DNA of 64,000 nucleotides, from positions 34,297,552 to 34,361,551 of the forward strand of contig NC_068984.1 of assembly GCF_001194135.2 (NCBI RefSeq), read 5' to 3'. Source of the DNA: Octopus bimaculoides (Eukaryota). Below the pieces are notes generated by a model. That model searched no databases and was not told where the DNA came from. It saw nothing but the letters and a program-made list of their open reading frames with translations. Of this stretch, positions 50,916-64,000 are shown piece after piece (the stretch's first letter is position 1; each line of letters opens with the position of its first letter). A program made the position numbers and the translations under genes.

Positions 50916-53636
50916 CAGAAATTGTAGCTCTTCTTATTGTTGTTTACCACCCCTCTATGTCAGCACTGAGCGTTCCACAGGAAATTAACTTGTGTGTTAG
51001 GACAATCAGAAATTGCCCTAACACATTATTTAATGTGCTTTATCTTTATCATCTAATGTGCCTTATAATTTTATTTAATGTGCTATATCTTTTTATTTAA
51101 TGTGCTTTTTCTTTTTTCAAGACGGTAAAGTGTTTTCAAAGAGAGATTTGACTGCTATTTCTAGTGTATGAAACAACCCAACTCGTTTAGGCGTCTGTGA
51201 TGCTTTTAAACGGACGAATGTTTTGGGGACAGATAATGTTTGTGATATAGATAGATGATGTGGCGTTAATAATGCAGATATTTTTTATATCATAATATTG
51301 GTGTTGTGCTGCCAGTTGAGTTAATGTTTTCTGTATCGTTCCTTATGTACCAGGTCGTAGAGCACCAAATAAGGTAACATACCGGATTTTAAATACCCAT
51401 CTGTTTTAGTTATTTCTTTTAGCGTAGAGATTTCGGAAATCCCTAAATCGTCCAACGTTTTGTTGATATATTGGTGCTCCTGATAAGACTGTTCCCACGT
51501 TGGTATTGAGACTTAAAGTATGATTTTGCTATGGATGCTTCTAGCAATTAGGTAGCCAATGCATTGGTGGAATTGATAATCTGTATTTGTATGCTTGTTG
51601 CATCAAAATGCATTCCCTTACTCTGTTAGACATACACGAGTTATATGTACATAAGTCAGTGGGAGTTCTTCGACCAGTTAGAAATAGACAACAGATTTTC
51701 TTGAAGCCAGACATTACTGTCTTTAAAGAAGGGGAGTCAAGTAATATAGTTCTAGACATACTATGTCTGGAAAAATAGAAATATAATATGGTCACTGCTG
51801 GAATGCTCATGATCAAAAGTATGCACAATCAGGGTTGTCCATCAACAACAATAATTTATAGTATAAGATCCTAATAAATATAACAAGATAATTACCAAAT
51901 TGGCAGTGTTTGAAAATCGGGATATTTCTAGTTCCATCAAAAGAAATCACTGAACATGCATGCGTTTCAACAAAGGGTTGACATTGGTTTATTTTGATGG
52001 TCTACGTGTAAACATAAAAGTAAAAGAGACATACAAATAAGGATTTAAGAGTAATAAATTAGTTTCCAAAAATCAAAGTAGTTTGCAGTTTCCTCCCGCT
52101 GGCAACCTTTTACTCTATTGTTCATTCCTTAAGTATTGTAGTATTTGTGAATTCTTAGTTACAGGCACAATATTTAGAGAAGATTGATTAGTCATGTGAA
52201 TTCGTTGAACTAACGTTAATTTAATCTAATCATATTCACTCAGGATGTATTTAAATCAAAGTCAAGCGCTGTTTGAACTCAAAATGCAGCGGCCAATGTG
52301 TAGAACTTACAAGCTGATGCTAAAACATTTGTGAATTCATATTCTCTGCATTCATTTTATTCTTTGAAGGAGACAGAAATATGTGGGATTTTGATTTTGG
52401 CTAGCAGATTTTCCAACTTTTTAGCGTATATTTTTAAAAGCCTGCTATTTCTAACATGGTTCTTAAAAACATATAGTCAAAGAAATCACACCTTGTGCAA
52501 TACACGTCTTTGATTGGTATTTAAATGTTGTTGTCATTAAATATATACAGACACTCGTACCGTGACTGGAGTATTTCAATCATTGAAACCAAACAACATA
52601 TCTATTCTACACTTATTTTGTTCACAGCTGAATATATTTTAACTACAATTCACAAAAAAAAAAAAAAGGAATCGATAATACCAGCCCATAATATATAATA
52701 GTTTATGCACGAAGGCAACTCAGTACAATTTTCTAAATTGATCACCTGAAAGTAATAACATTGTGAATTTCTGTAATAATATTATAGTGCAACCGAATGT
52801 TAGGTGGTGCAATTGCTTTAAAGTCATCGACTGGCATTGATTAAAGACAGACGAGCTTTAAAATTGATCTGATCCTGTCCAGACTTTTGTGTAGGTCCTT
52901 GGAATGAAAGCCAGAGAATGTTTCAAAATGGTTTCTACGTTAAGTCACTAAAAGATTAATAAAAATGGCCGTTCAGCACTGAATAGCAGATATAAATGAA
53001 TGTCTGTCAAGTAAAACATTTTGGGAGCTTTCAGAGATATTTGGCATAAGTCAGCTGCACTTACATCAAGTAGGGAAGGAAATATAAATTAATCAAACGA
53101 AGTCACTGAGTAGAAAAAAAAAATAGACAACAACAAAGCATCAAAGGTTTACATTTTGGTTGTCTGTCCTTTCACTTCAAATGAATGGATTTTTTTTATG
53201 ATCAATTACTGATGTGTGAGAAAAAGTAGCTTTAATGCAACACTGCAAAGCAATTGCGTGCTAGGATATCATTTCACCAGTACTGCACTGCCGATATCAA
53301 AGCGAAGAATTCATTAGCTAAAAAAAAATTAACGAAATAATAAAATGAAATAAATAAAATGTGCTTAGTGTCTGGAGGAATTCCTTTACCATTGCACATC
53401 ATGAGCTGTTGTTGCCTGGTCAGTGACAGGATGTGACTATAGTATATCGTATTTCATCGAATTATTTCGCTACGTATTATAAAACCGTTTTCTTTTATAA
53501 TGTAGCCCTATTACTCAGCGAATTATCGAAACAAGTTTAATCTATTTAGATTGTCAGATCGTTAGGCCATTGGACAAGATATCTTATGGTAAATTTTCGG
53601 TTGTATGCATACTGAGTTCAAATCTCACCAGTAAAT

Positions 53637-54009
53637 TGTTTTATCGACCTAGGAAGGATTAAATACAAAGTTTAACTCGATTGGAATTGAACTTGAAATA
53701 TAAACATCGGGAAAAAAGACCACAATATATTTTTTCTGATGCTCTATCGATTCTGACAACTCATCTATAATAATAATAAGAATCTTTTCTACTATAGGCA
53801 GCCCAAGGTCTGACATTTTGGGGGAGAGACCTACTCGAGTACAGTAACCATTGTACCCAACTCAAATTTATCTTATTGCCCAGCAAAACGATGACAAACA
53901 AAGTTGACTTTGGCGCAATTTTCTGAGCGGACAACTCAGAACTTAAAGAGAGACGAAATGCTGCGAACTATTTTGTCCGGTTTGCTAATGATTGTGGAAG
54001 CTCGCCGCC

Positions 54010-54049
<40 letters not shown>

Positions 54050-54492
54050 CAACAACTACTACTACTATTGTTTCGAAATTTAGCACAGGGTCTGCAGTTT
54101 TGAGTGGAGATGGCTAGTCAGTCTCATTGACCTCAGTAGTTGACTGGCACTTTAATTTATCGACACCCGAGGGATGAAAAAGAAAAGCTGATCCGGGCAA
54201 TATTCGAACTTCAAGCGTAAAAATCCGAAACAATTACTATAAAGCCTATTTCCGATGCTGTAACGATTATGATTCTAATTTAGAACTACAAGGCCAACAA
54301 TGTTTTGAGTGGAGTGAGATAGAGATAGTCGATCACCTCGAACCCATTTCTTAAGTAATACTATATTTTTATGTAGCCCGAAAAGAAGAAAAAGTTGATC
54401 TTGGTCGGATTTGAAACGCAGATAAAGATCCGGAACAAATGATGTAATGTATTTTATTAAAACGCTCAAACGTTTTTGCCTATCCATCTTCC
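53637..54492 (-). mobile_element. Stack of four same-orientation diverged SINE copies
   Basis: Copies at about 53637-53765, 53783-54011, 54068-54272 and 54275-54492, mostly separated by (AAT)n-type tracts. Confidence 0.7.
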
Positions 54493-56866
54493 CAATAACA
54501 ACAAGAGCAACAATAATACAAATCTGAACCTACTTAAAATATATTGAATGTTCATTCCGTAAATAATGAATAAAATACACAATGCGGCCATGAATAAATT
54601 CATAAATTCATTAAGGTGGAAAATAATATCGCGTGAATTTGAAGCAAACTTCTAAAACATCTTCAATTTTTTGAAACAATTGATGAGAAGTTAATTATGC
54701 TTGAAACTTATTTCAGCAAAGATCTGGCTGGAAAATATATATTCCGAATTTTTAGAAAATCATGTGCATGGGATAAATAATTAGCCATGTATAATAATAT
54801 CTGATACTGCATAATATGCTTGTTTATTTTGGATGAGTGGGCACAATATCGTTTTACACACTGTAAGATAAAACTCCAACTCCAAGAAACCTAGCATATA
54901 ATTGTTGTTTCAAAGGCAGGGGATATAAACATGTTTCTAGAAAAATTTATTATGGAAATAGATTTTAATGTATCTTGCATATAGAAGTAACTGGTATTAT
55001 TATTTACTGAAAAGAAGAAAAAAATAACAACAATAATTTGGTTTATTACCACTCTATAAGATGTGTTATTGATTTCTAGTTTCAAGACGATGCCACGAAT
55101 TTAGAGGGAGCTAACCACAAAGATGTAAGACAAAACAGAAAGAAAAAAAAAACAATACTTGAGAGGAATTTAATTTCCGAATATTAAGGGTCGTAACTAA
55201 ATACCGTGAGCCATTTTGTATTGCATTTAACCTATCCTGTCAAACCAAAGTTGCTGTTATATATATTACCATAATAGCAAACCTAACAATGTCATTCTTA
55301 CCGAGCAATATCAATAGTCTATGACGTAAGGATAAAAAGCGAAGACGACCTTAGTGATATTGTAACTCAGAAGGTGAGAGCATGATTGAACACCAGTAGC
55401 CATTTTGCTCAACTCAATCTATCAAGCCGATATTTTTCTTGGAAAGAATATCTTTAAAACAGAGAATATACACTCAGGGATGACTGTGATTAAAACGCAA
55501 CTACGTGGTTTTGGTTCAGTCCCACTGCGTGGCAACTTGGTTAAGTGACTTCTACTACAGCCACAGACCAATTAATGCCTTGTGAAGGAATTTGTTAGAC
55601 GGAAGCTTAGATAGAAGTTCGATAGAACCCCGTAATATGTGTGTGCGTGCATCCTTAATAGATCAGTGTTATACTACTTGTTAAGAGCCATACCAATCAG
55701 TATATATATATATATATATATNNNNNNNNNNNNNNNNNNNNNNNNNNNNNNNNNNNNNNNNNNNNNNNNNNNNNNNNNNNNNNNNNNNNNNNNNNNNNNN
55801 NNNNNNNNNNNNNNNNNNNNNNNNNNNNNNNNNNNNNNNNNNNNNNNNNNNNNNNNNNNNNNNNNNNNNNNNNNNNNNNNNNNNNNNNNNNNNNNNNNNN
55901 NNNNNNNNNNNNNNNNNNNNNNNNNNNNNNNNNNNNNNNNNNNNNNNNATATATATATATATATACATACTGTTTAATATTCTTAATAGGCAGTACAGCA
56001 CTGATCTGTTAAGGGAGTAAAAGATAATATTATAATAAAACCCACAAAAAGTCTTGCGAACTACAGCTACCCATGGTCTCCTGGTCGAAATATCAATAAT
56101 AATGATCAATTTATTTCGCCATTTATGAAACTGGTAAAAACTGGAAAAGCTTTTAGTAACTGAGTTCGACGCAATTGATATTAGAATGAGACATATTTTG
56201 GTGAATATGAAGATGTGATGCTTATTTCTTCCCATAGACCAGTATCACTGGAAGAGAACTGAACTAGCTTCGATTAGGAAATGCTAACAACATGTCGCTC
56301 TCGACTTCAAGGCAGCTTGCTGACTGCTGGCAATTTCATCGTCGGTATGATTATCAATGGAATACTATAGATGAAATGACTAATGACACAGAGCCAACGA
56401 GGGAAATTCTGTTGTTTCTTTAACCTGCTAGAAATAGCTTCACAATCTGTCTCAAATTTCAGACAACTGTACGAAATGGGAAAAGTATAAATTGAGCAAT
56501 ACAGTCCCAAGCATACGTCTTCAAGATGAGACAGTCACGTTAGAAACACCTTTGGTTATGCGTCAACTTGATCAAGAACACCGTATGGTTAAACAACAAA
56601 AGCAATGCATAGCAAACAATGGAAAGAGAAAGAAAAACAATTAATTATTGTGCTTTGGAAGTTACACGATCAGTCGGTGATATAAATCATTATTACCTCC
56701 CGAAACCAGCCATGTTGAACAAAACTCAGAGTAATTCAGGCAAAAGAATAACTCGGGTAGAATTTGTCTTTAGTATTTTTACATCAAATAACCATTTGAA
56801 CATTTTGCAGTAGTCTCACTGTTTATATTGGTAGACTGCAACTGCCACTGATATTTTGTTTTACAG

Positions 56867-56973
56867 CATCTGAGAGATGCATCGCTTTGCTATCGAAGCA
56901 ACAGACTACAGGGAAAAACTGCAAAAACTCCGAATCTTCCTATAGTAATCATGAAATTCTGAATTCTGTCCAG
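56867..56973 (+). other. Candidate exon (107 nt) of an unknown transcript
   Basis: Acceptor GATATTTTGTTTTACAG and donor CAG|GTACAC; one frame is open throughout (SERCIALLSKQQTTGKNCKNSESSYSNHEILNSVQ). No recognisable homology. Confidence 0.25.
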
Positions 56974-59626
56974 GTACACAATTTTATTCCACAATGTTAA
57001 ATGTAATCGTGTATGCTCATATGCATACAACACATAGTAATGTAAGCGCTAATATGTCCAATATGAAGAGTACCCCCACTTTAATTAACCAAATGACAAC
57101 AATATTTAAGAGAGTTAAATATTTCTGAACAATGCATTACTCAACCAAAGGGACGTGGGCCAACTAAAAATTAGTCACTTTATTGTTGAATGACGTGATA
57201 GATCTGAGTGACAAATAAAAACTTAGCATAGTGTTTTAGCATTAATTTTTATTTCTAGTTTTGGTTCGAGCAATGTGCCAACACGATATTGCTATAATCC
57301 AGACATAAATTTTTATTGCATCCCTGTCAGAATATAAATTGCCTCGATATTACGCAGTTGGTATTCATACATACATTCAGACACCCCCCCCCCCACACAC
57401 ACACACACACATATAGTTATACACATTAACATACACATTTATACATATAGAAATACAGATATATATATGTTTATGTATGCATAAATATATACATACACTT
57501 GCGTACACATATAAATACACACGCAAACACACATACACACACATATATATATCCTGCGCCTGTATGAGTGTCTTTCCATACGTGCGTATGAGTGCGTGCA
57601 AATGTGTGCGATACCACAAACAGTGATGCGAACGGGAAAGAGAAAACAAGGTACTCAATATAAGACTGCGAGTTCCACGTTATCCACAAGCAGACTCACG
57701 TATAGGTATGTTGTATACATTCATAAATATGTGTTTGTGTATGGGTATATATATANNNNNNNNNNNNNNNNNNNNNNNNNNNNNNNNNNNNNNNNNNNNN
57801 NNNNNNNNNNNNNNNNNNNNNNNNNNNNNNNNNNNNNNNNNNNNNNNNNNNNNNNNNNNNNNNNNNNNNNNNNNNNNNNNNNNNNNNNNNNNNNNNNNNN
57901 NNNNNNNNNNNNNNNNNNNNNNNNNNNNNNNNNNNNNNNNNNNNNNNNNNNNNNNNNNNNNNNNNNNNNNNNNNNNNNNNNNNNNNNNNNNNNNNNNNNN
58001 NNNNNNNNNNNNNNNNNNNNNNNNNNNNNNNNNNNNNNNNNNNNNNNNNNNNNNNNNNNNNNNNNNNNNNNNNNNNNNNNNNNNNNNNNNNNNNNNNNNN
58101 NNNNNNNNNNNNNNNNNNNNNNNNNNNNNNNNNNNNNNNNNNNNNNNNNNNNNNNNNNNNNNNNNNNNNNNNNNNNNNNNNNNNNNNNNNNNNNNNNNNN
58201 NNNNNNNNNNNNNNNNNNNNNNNNNNNNNNNNNNNNNNNNNNNNNNNNNTATATATATATATATATGTATGTATTCATATACAAACACACATTTATACAC
58301 ACATAAGGATATACTCTTTACTTTTTATTCTTTTACTATATAACTATATATGTATATACGTACACATAGATGCATATTGCATTCACGCACACTTCATGTA
58401 TATTCTTTACATACTTATAGACCAAATACTCAACAATGAATGAACGTATTAGATTTGGTTGGATGTCAATGTCTTGTAGATAATAGTAGATGACTACAGT
58501 GTTAGGCTGTATCAGATAGGTTGCTGACACTGAAATCTTGTGTTTTCTTTTCAGTGAGCTACGCCATAAAATATTGATCGTCTAAGATAGAAGATAAATC
58601 TCTGGTGTACAACATTCCAACGAACTAGTATTAGTGGCTGGTGAGAAGTTGATATGTATCTAAATGCAAAAGACTTCATCTGTTGATAGCCTTTTTCTTG
58701 TGTTTGTTAATATGAGGGAGAGCTGGGAAATAAAATAGTTAAGAAGCCTAGTCGGAAGAATAACCATATTGTTACGCACGGAGAGAATGTACAAGAGCAA
58801 GGTAGATATGCTAAGTGTAAAAAAGAGTGAGAGAGAATGAGATAGATAGAAAGAAAAGAAAAGACATAGCGGGGAAATAAGAAAACGATAGAAAACTGTA
58901 ACTAAGCGAAAACAATATAATTAAAATGCAAAGTAGAGAAAATATACTGAACGAAATAGCAAAAGCGTGTTCCCTTGTGTCATTGAAATCGATTGTGTAA
59001 TAAAGAAAGTTAAAATAGATTACTGCAATTGTTTTTCTCAGTCGGGACTACGTTCACCATATTGTCCCGAAGTTTGACTGTTTATTAATGAAATGAGAGG
59101 AGAAAGTCTCCAGTGGAGCAAATGACATAAATAAGGCTCCTCTCATTCCGAAACCTCATGTATTAAATATCTCATTAATTTCAGTGTATATAATATAGAT
59201 AATTACATTTAGGTTTGCTCGCGCACGTGCACACACAGACAAATATACACACGCGCGCATGCGCGTGAACACAGATGTATGTATATACATATATATGCAT
59301 GCACACATGTATGTAGAGATATAGACAAGTACATATACATGTCTGTACATACATATATGTATATATATACACGCATATATATGTATATACATATATACAT
59401 ACGCACACACGTTTATATATTTATCTTTGTGTGTATATGTGTGTATGTATGCATATATATATATTTATATATAGATATAAATATAAATATATATATACAT
59501 GTACATATATATTTCATATATATACGCAAGCATAAGACATGTATATGAATACATTATATAGATACAAGCGTGCGCACGCACATGTATATATATATGTATA
59601 CATATATACCTGTATCTATACATACG

Positions 59627-59669
<43 letters not shown>

Positions 59670-59710
59670 NNNNNNNNNNNNNNNNNNNNNNNNNNNNNAT
59701 ATATATACTA

Positions 59711-59773
<63 letters not shown>

Positions 59774-60148
59774 TTATAAACGATCTATACACAGCACACA
59801 TATATTTTCGCTTGTATTCATCTATAAACTTCATGAATATATTCTTTATGATTTGAAACATGTAATTGACATAAAATACTCGCACATATTTCAGAATATA
59901 CTGAGGGAACTGGGAATGAAATTAAGAAAGTTTAAATATTGTCCGCCACTGAAATTATTATTCCTTGGTTGAACAGGATATAAGAAAGGGAAATGTTTGT
60001 TCAAGTGAAATAGCGAGTAAAAGTAATATATTAAACCGTGTCAACGTTGGCTTGCTGAAATCTTTTATTTTAGTGATATCATTTTCTAAATTGATAAGTT
60101 TTCTCTCTTTTGTATGAATGAAATGGTTTTAAACAGACTTTACTGATA

Positions 60149-60290
60149 TTATTTACATTATTTACATTTGACAGATATTTATCCTCATCTTGTTTGTTGT
60201 TAACACAACGTTTCGGTTGATATACTCTCCAGCCTTCATCAGGCGTCTTGGAGAAATTAAGAACCTGGCTTATCATTCCTAATGTATCTT
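60149..60290 (-). mobile_element. Short HHR-carrying repeat (Penelope pLTR / retrozyme-like)
   Basis: Short segment built around the minimal hammerhead at 60202-60247. Boundaries are approximate and repeat status is inferred. Confidence 0.5.
60202..60247 (-). ncRNA. Minimal type I hammerhead ribozyme
   Basis: Minus strand GACGC-CUGAUGA-A-GGCUG-GAGAGUAUAU-CAACC-GAAAC-GUU|GUGUU. Core intact; stem I GACGC/GUGUU; stem II has one mismatch; palindromic AACGUU stem III. Confidence 0.75.
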
Positions 60291-60379
60291 AACCACTGTG
60301 GGCAATTATGGAGTGAATTTTAGCGCTTATAAATCTAATTGATATCTTTTTATCCTTCCTTAATAACGGTTCCCATATG

Positions 60380-60562
60380 CGATTCATATCTGCACTCGGT
60401 CTGCTTACGAGGTTGTTTTTTACTGCTACATAATTTATGGATCCCAGAAGGATGAAATACAAAGTCCACCTCGGCGGAATTTAAATTCAGAATGTAGCGA
60501 CGGGCGAAATACCGCTAAGCATTTCGTCCAACGTGCTAACGATTCTGCCAGGTCGCAGCCTT
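60380..60562 (-). mobile_element. tRNA-derived SINE (second family)
   Basis: AAAGTCCACCTCGGCGGAATTTAAATTCAGAATGTAGCGACGGGCGAAATACCGCTAAGCATTTCGTCCAACGTGCTAACGATTCTGCCAG, followed by (AAT)n. Confidence 0.85.
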
Positions 60563-60597
60563 AGATAATAATAATAATAATAATAATAATTATAATA

Positions 60598-60607
60598 ATG
60601 ATGATGG

Positions 60608-60677
<70 letters not shown>

Positions 60678-60703
60678 GGTGGTGGTGGTGGTGATGATGA
60701 TGG

Positions 60704-60749
<46 letters not shown>

Positions 60750-60768
60750 GGTGATGATGATGAAGATT

Positions 60769-60807
<39 letters not shown>
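60598..60807. repeat. Compound (GAT)n/(GGT)n microsatellite
   Basis: Tandem GAT with a GGT block; source of the poly-H and poly-M ORFs. Confidence 0.95.
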
Positions 60808-62252
60808 TTTAATGACCAATAATTATATGTAGAATTTGAAATGGGTGGAGGACAAATAACAAATACATCATCAAAGCACAGTTATTCCTTTTGCACTTGA
60901 ATTTCTGTTGCGGGCGTGCAAGAGTGGCACAGCAGAACTGATTGACGTGTTAGAAATAGCGAATAAATGTCCAATAAATTATGCTGCAAGATTTATGTAA
61001 TAGTGGCTTGGCCAGAAGAAAATGACCAGCGTCTAGTCTACTTCTTCGGGGTTTTTCTTACTCTGATGGAGAGAAGCTCGGAATTTATTTCCAGGGCTGA
61101 CTCACAATTTTGTAACAGCAAAGTACGATAAAGACATCCAAGGCACCAAAGAAGGGTCAATTTAGACAACATAATACTAGATGTACAAAACGACAGAACG
61201 ATCACGTGTGGAATGCCTTTAATTATAGCTTTGACTGATCAAGGCTACAGCAACATAATTAACTTTAAATTTTGTTCACACATGCTAATTGATTTATGGG
61301 ATTTCTTCATGTGTCAGTACTTACACACACGCACACACACACAGGCACACAGCACGTGTTAGCAAATAATTCGCAGAATTTATAAACTAGTCACAAACTC
61401 TTCTGAGATTCATTAATCTGGGATAGTTTTGCTGAGAAGACACAACGATGTCTAAACCGCAGTTTTCCCAAAGTCCCCTAAGATATCAATTGCATGCAAT
61501 ATGAACAGATATTTTTCTAAAAAGTGAAGTTCTTTTGCTTTGAGCCAATACAACAGCGATTAGGATATTCACGTCCGAATCTGCTGGGACGAATTAAGAA
61601 TGAACATTTAAATCACCGTTTTATTTCTCGCTCTTAAGCTTACACATGGCGATGTAATATTCTTACCGATTCTTTTGTAACAGCCAAAGTTGTTCGGAGC
61701 CTTTGTCATTGATAGATGCTTATCCCACAAATAAAAATAATACAGAAAGTATTAACAACAACAACCTGCACAAGTACTTGCAGTCGTCTGCACTGCAAGA
61801 ATTGTAAAATTTTTCGAAGCGTTCAGAGCTACGCCTAATAGAGTGAACACTGAAAAAAACCTTTAAGGAGTTGTCCACTTCGAAAGAATGAAATAACAAT
61901 GTGAGAATAACATTGGTGAGTAAAGCTTGTGGATAACCTAGAAAAGATAGCATCAATGTATCAACCGATCTATGAGATGTTATACACTGCTGAAAGTATC
62001 GACTATAGTAAAAAGTATCGTCTATAAAATTCCACAACCGGACATTCTAGGTTTACCTTATTCATGTATATACTGCAATGTGCTTCTAAATATTTGCCTC
62101 ATTCTAAACCTACAGATATGTAACTATCTATCTGTTATGGATGCTATTAGCGTACGTTTGTACATATTTGTCACATTTATTGAATTCTGTATTCTATTAA
62201 ATACTTGTACACACAATATCGGATTACCTTTCTACCAACCGAGAAAAAAAAA

Positions 62253-62299
<47 letters not shown>

Positions 62300-62319
62300 T
62301 ATGTATCTTTTAAATATGA

Positions 62320-62371
<52 letters not shown>

Positions 62372-62770
62372 TTATATTTCGATCTATCTCTCTGTCTGTT
62401 TGTCTGTCTGTCTATCTATCTTTCTATCGTTGTATCTTTATGCACGTCAGATTACCAGACTATCTGTCAGTTAGATTGTATACGTACTCAATCATTTATT
62501 GCCCTCATATATGTGTATATCCTTCAGAAATTTTATTTGCTACTTCGATGTTAATGTTAGCTTCTTCACACCCTGGCAACGTGCCAACATGTATAAATCA
62601 CACCGAAACGAAATCGCCTCCACCTCAGGGTCATGTTACCACATTATTACACAAATTTTACCATTCTGTATCTTCCCCTCATACTTTCACTCTCTCTTTC
62701 TCTCTCACTTTCTGTATGCGCATGTATATATATATATGGATATATATGTGTGTGTGTGTGCGTGTATATA

Positions 62771-62993
62771 TATAAATATACATTCATATATACATGTATG
62801 AAAGTATATGCGCATACACCTGCACATGTATAACGTATAAAAATATGTATAAATATATATGCACAATACTATATTTAAAGAGCGATATCTATTTACATAT
62901 AAATATACATTCATATATACATGTATGAAAGTATATGCGCATACACCTGCACATGTATAACGTATAAAAATATGTATAAATATATATGCACAA
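62771..62993. repeat. Direct duplication with 127-bp period running into a gap
   Basis: TATAAATATACATTCATATATACATGTATGAAAGTATATGCGCATACACCTGCACATG... at 62771 and again at 62898. Confidence 0.9.
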
Positions 62994-63345
62994 NNNNNNN
63001 NNNNNNNNNNNNNNNNNNNNNNNNNNNNNNNNNNNNNNNNNNNNNNNNNNNNNNNNNNNNNNNNNNNNNNNNNNNNNNNNNNNNNNNNNNNNNNNNNNNN
63101 NNNNNNNNNNNNNNNNNNNNNNNNNNNNNNNNNNNNNNNNNNNNNNNNNNNNNNNNNNNNNNNNNNNNNNNNNNNNNNNNNNNNNNNNNNNNNNNNNNNN
63201 NNNNNNNNNNNNNNNNNNNNNNNNNNNNNNNNNNNNNNNNNNNNNNNNNNNNNNNNNNNNNNNNNNNNNNNNNNNNNNNNNNNNNNNNNNNNNNNNNNNN
63301 NNNNNNNNNNNNNNNNNNNNNNNNNNNNNNNNNNNNNNNNNNNNN

Positions 63346-63402
<57 letters not shown>

Positions 63403-64000
63403 ATGTGCTCAGGTAGTAATACCTTTAATTTGTCTAATTTCAATGAAAGGCTGTGACTCTTCTGGAGTACTGACATTTCTGCTTTTGCTGTTTTGTTTCA
63501 GTTCAATTCTTCGAAACACTCCAAATGTCTTTTTTACTATTACATCACTATTTTGCGTGATGTAGATTCATCTGGAATTTCAAATCGAAATTTTTTTTGT
63601 AAACACATGCATATTCACGCCTAATGATTTTAGACAAAGTGTAGAAAAGTTCTGGGACCCATCAGCATTAAATTCCTTTAGTATTAGGTTCGTACACAAA
63701 ATGGATAGGGTGGGATTTTGGTATTGTATTGTGACGTGGTTGGTACATATTACAGCGGTAGGCAATAGACTCTCCATTGTTATTCGACATATATATCACT
63801 CCTTATCGTTCGTGTATTCGCTCTACTAGAGGTTTAGCTTTTAACCTCTCCCAATATGCTGCAGCGAGGCAATCTTCTTGCTATTACAGCGTTAGATTCT
63901 TTGGAAATACTCTCTTAGTTGAACTATAGGCGGCACCAAAATATATTAATATAAGTACATAGGGATGTGTGTCTGTGTGTTCGTATATATATATATATAT

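Noticed and set aside
51560-51780. Overlapping open frames on both strands (LKPDITVFKEG / HSMSRTILLDSP)
   Set aside because: Short, no recognisable family, and strand cannot be decided without expression or homology data.

Overview
AT-rich, gapped (about 4.8 kb of N in 14 runs), microsatellite-saturated eukaryotic scaffold. The tRNA-derived SINE families, the mollusc-type 5S rRNA copy and the repeat density point to a coleoid cephalopod, most likely Octopus (inference). No host protein-coding gene can be supported. Almost all listed ORFs are translations of simple repeats, N-gaps or SINE strands, and only a few isolated exon-like segments remain possible. The window is intergenic or intronic DNA made of dozens of SINE copies, dead LINE fragments (R4/Dong-like RLE, CR1/L2-like, Tx1/L1-like), hAT and mariner MITEs and a dispersed 5S rRNA copy. 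The most interesting signal is small repeats carrying type I hammerhead ribozyme (HHR) folds. One is a single 584-bp insertion (40213-40796) flanked by a 12-bp target-site duplication; it contains a circularly permuted 359-nt monomer with an HHR plus an inverted partial copy, i.e. a non-LTR retrozyme / Penelope-pLTR-like element. Another is a near-intact minimal HHR at 60202-60247 (minus strand), and two more motifs look like decayed HHRs. Several long inverted repeats and hairpins could form dsRNA.
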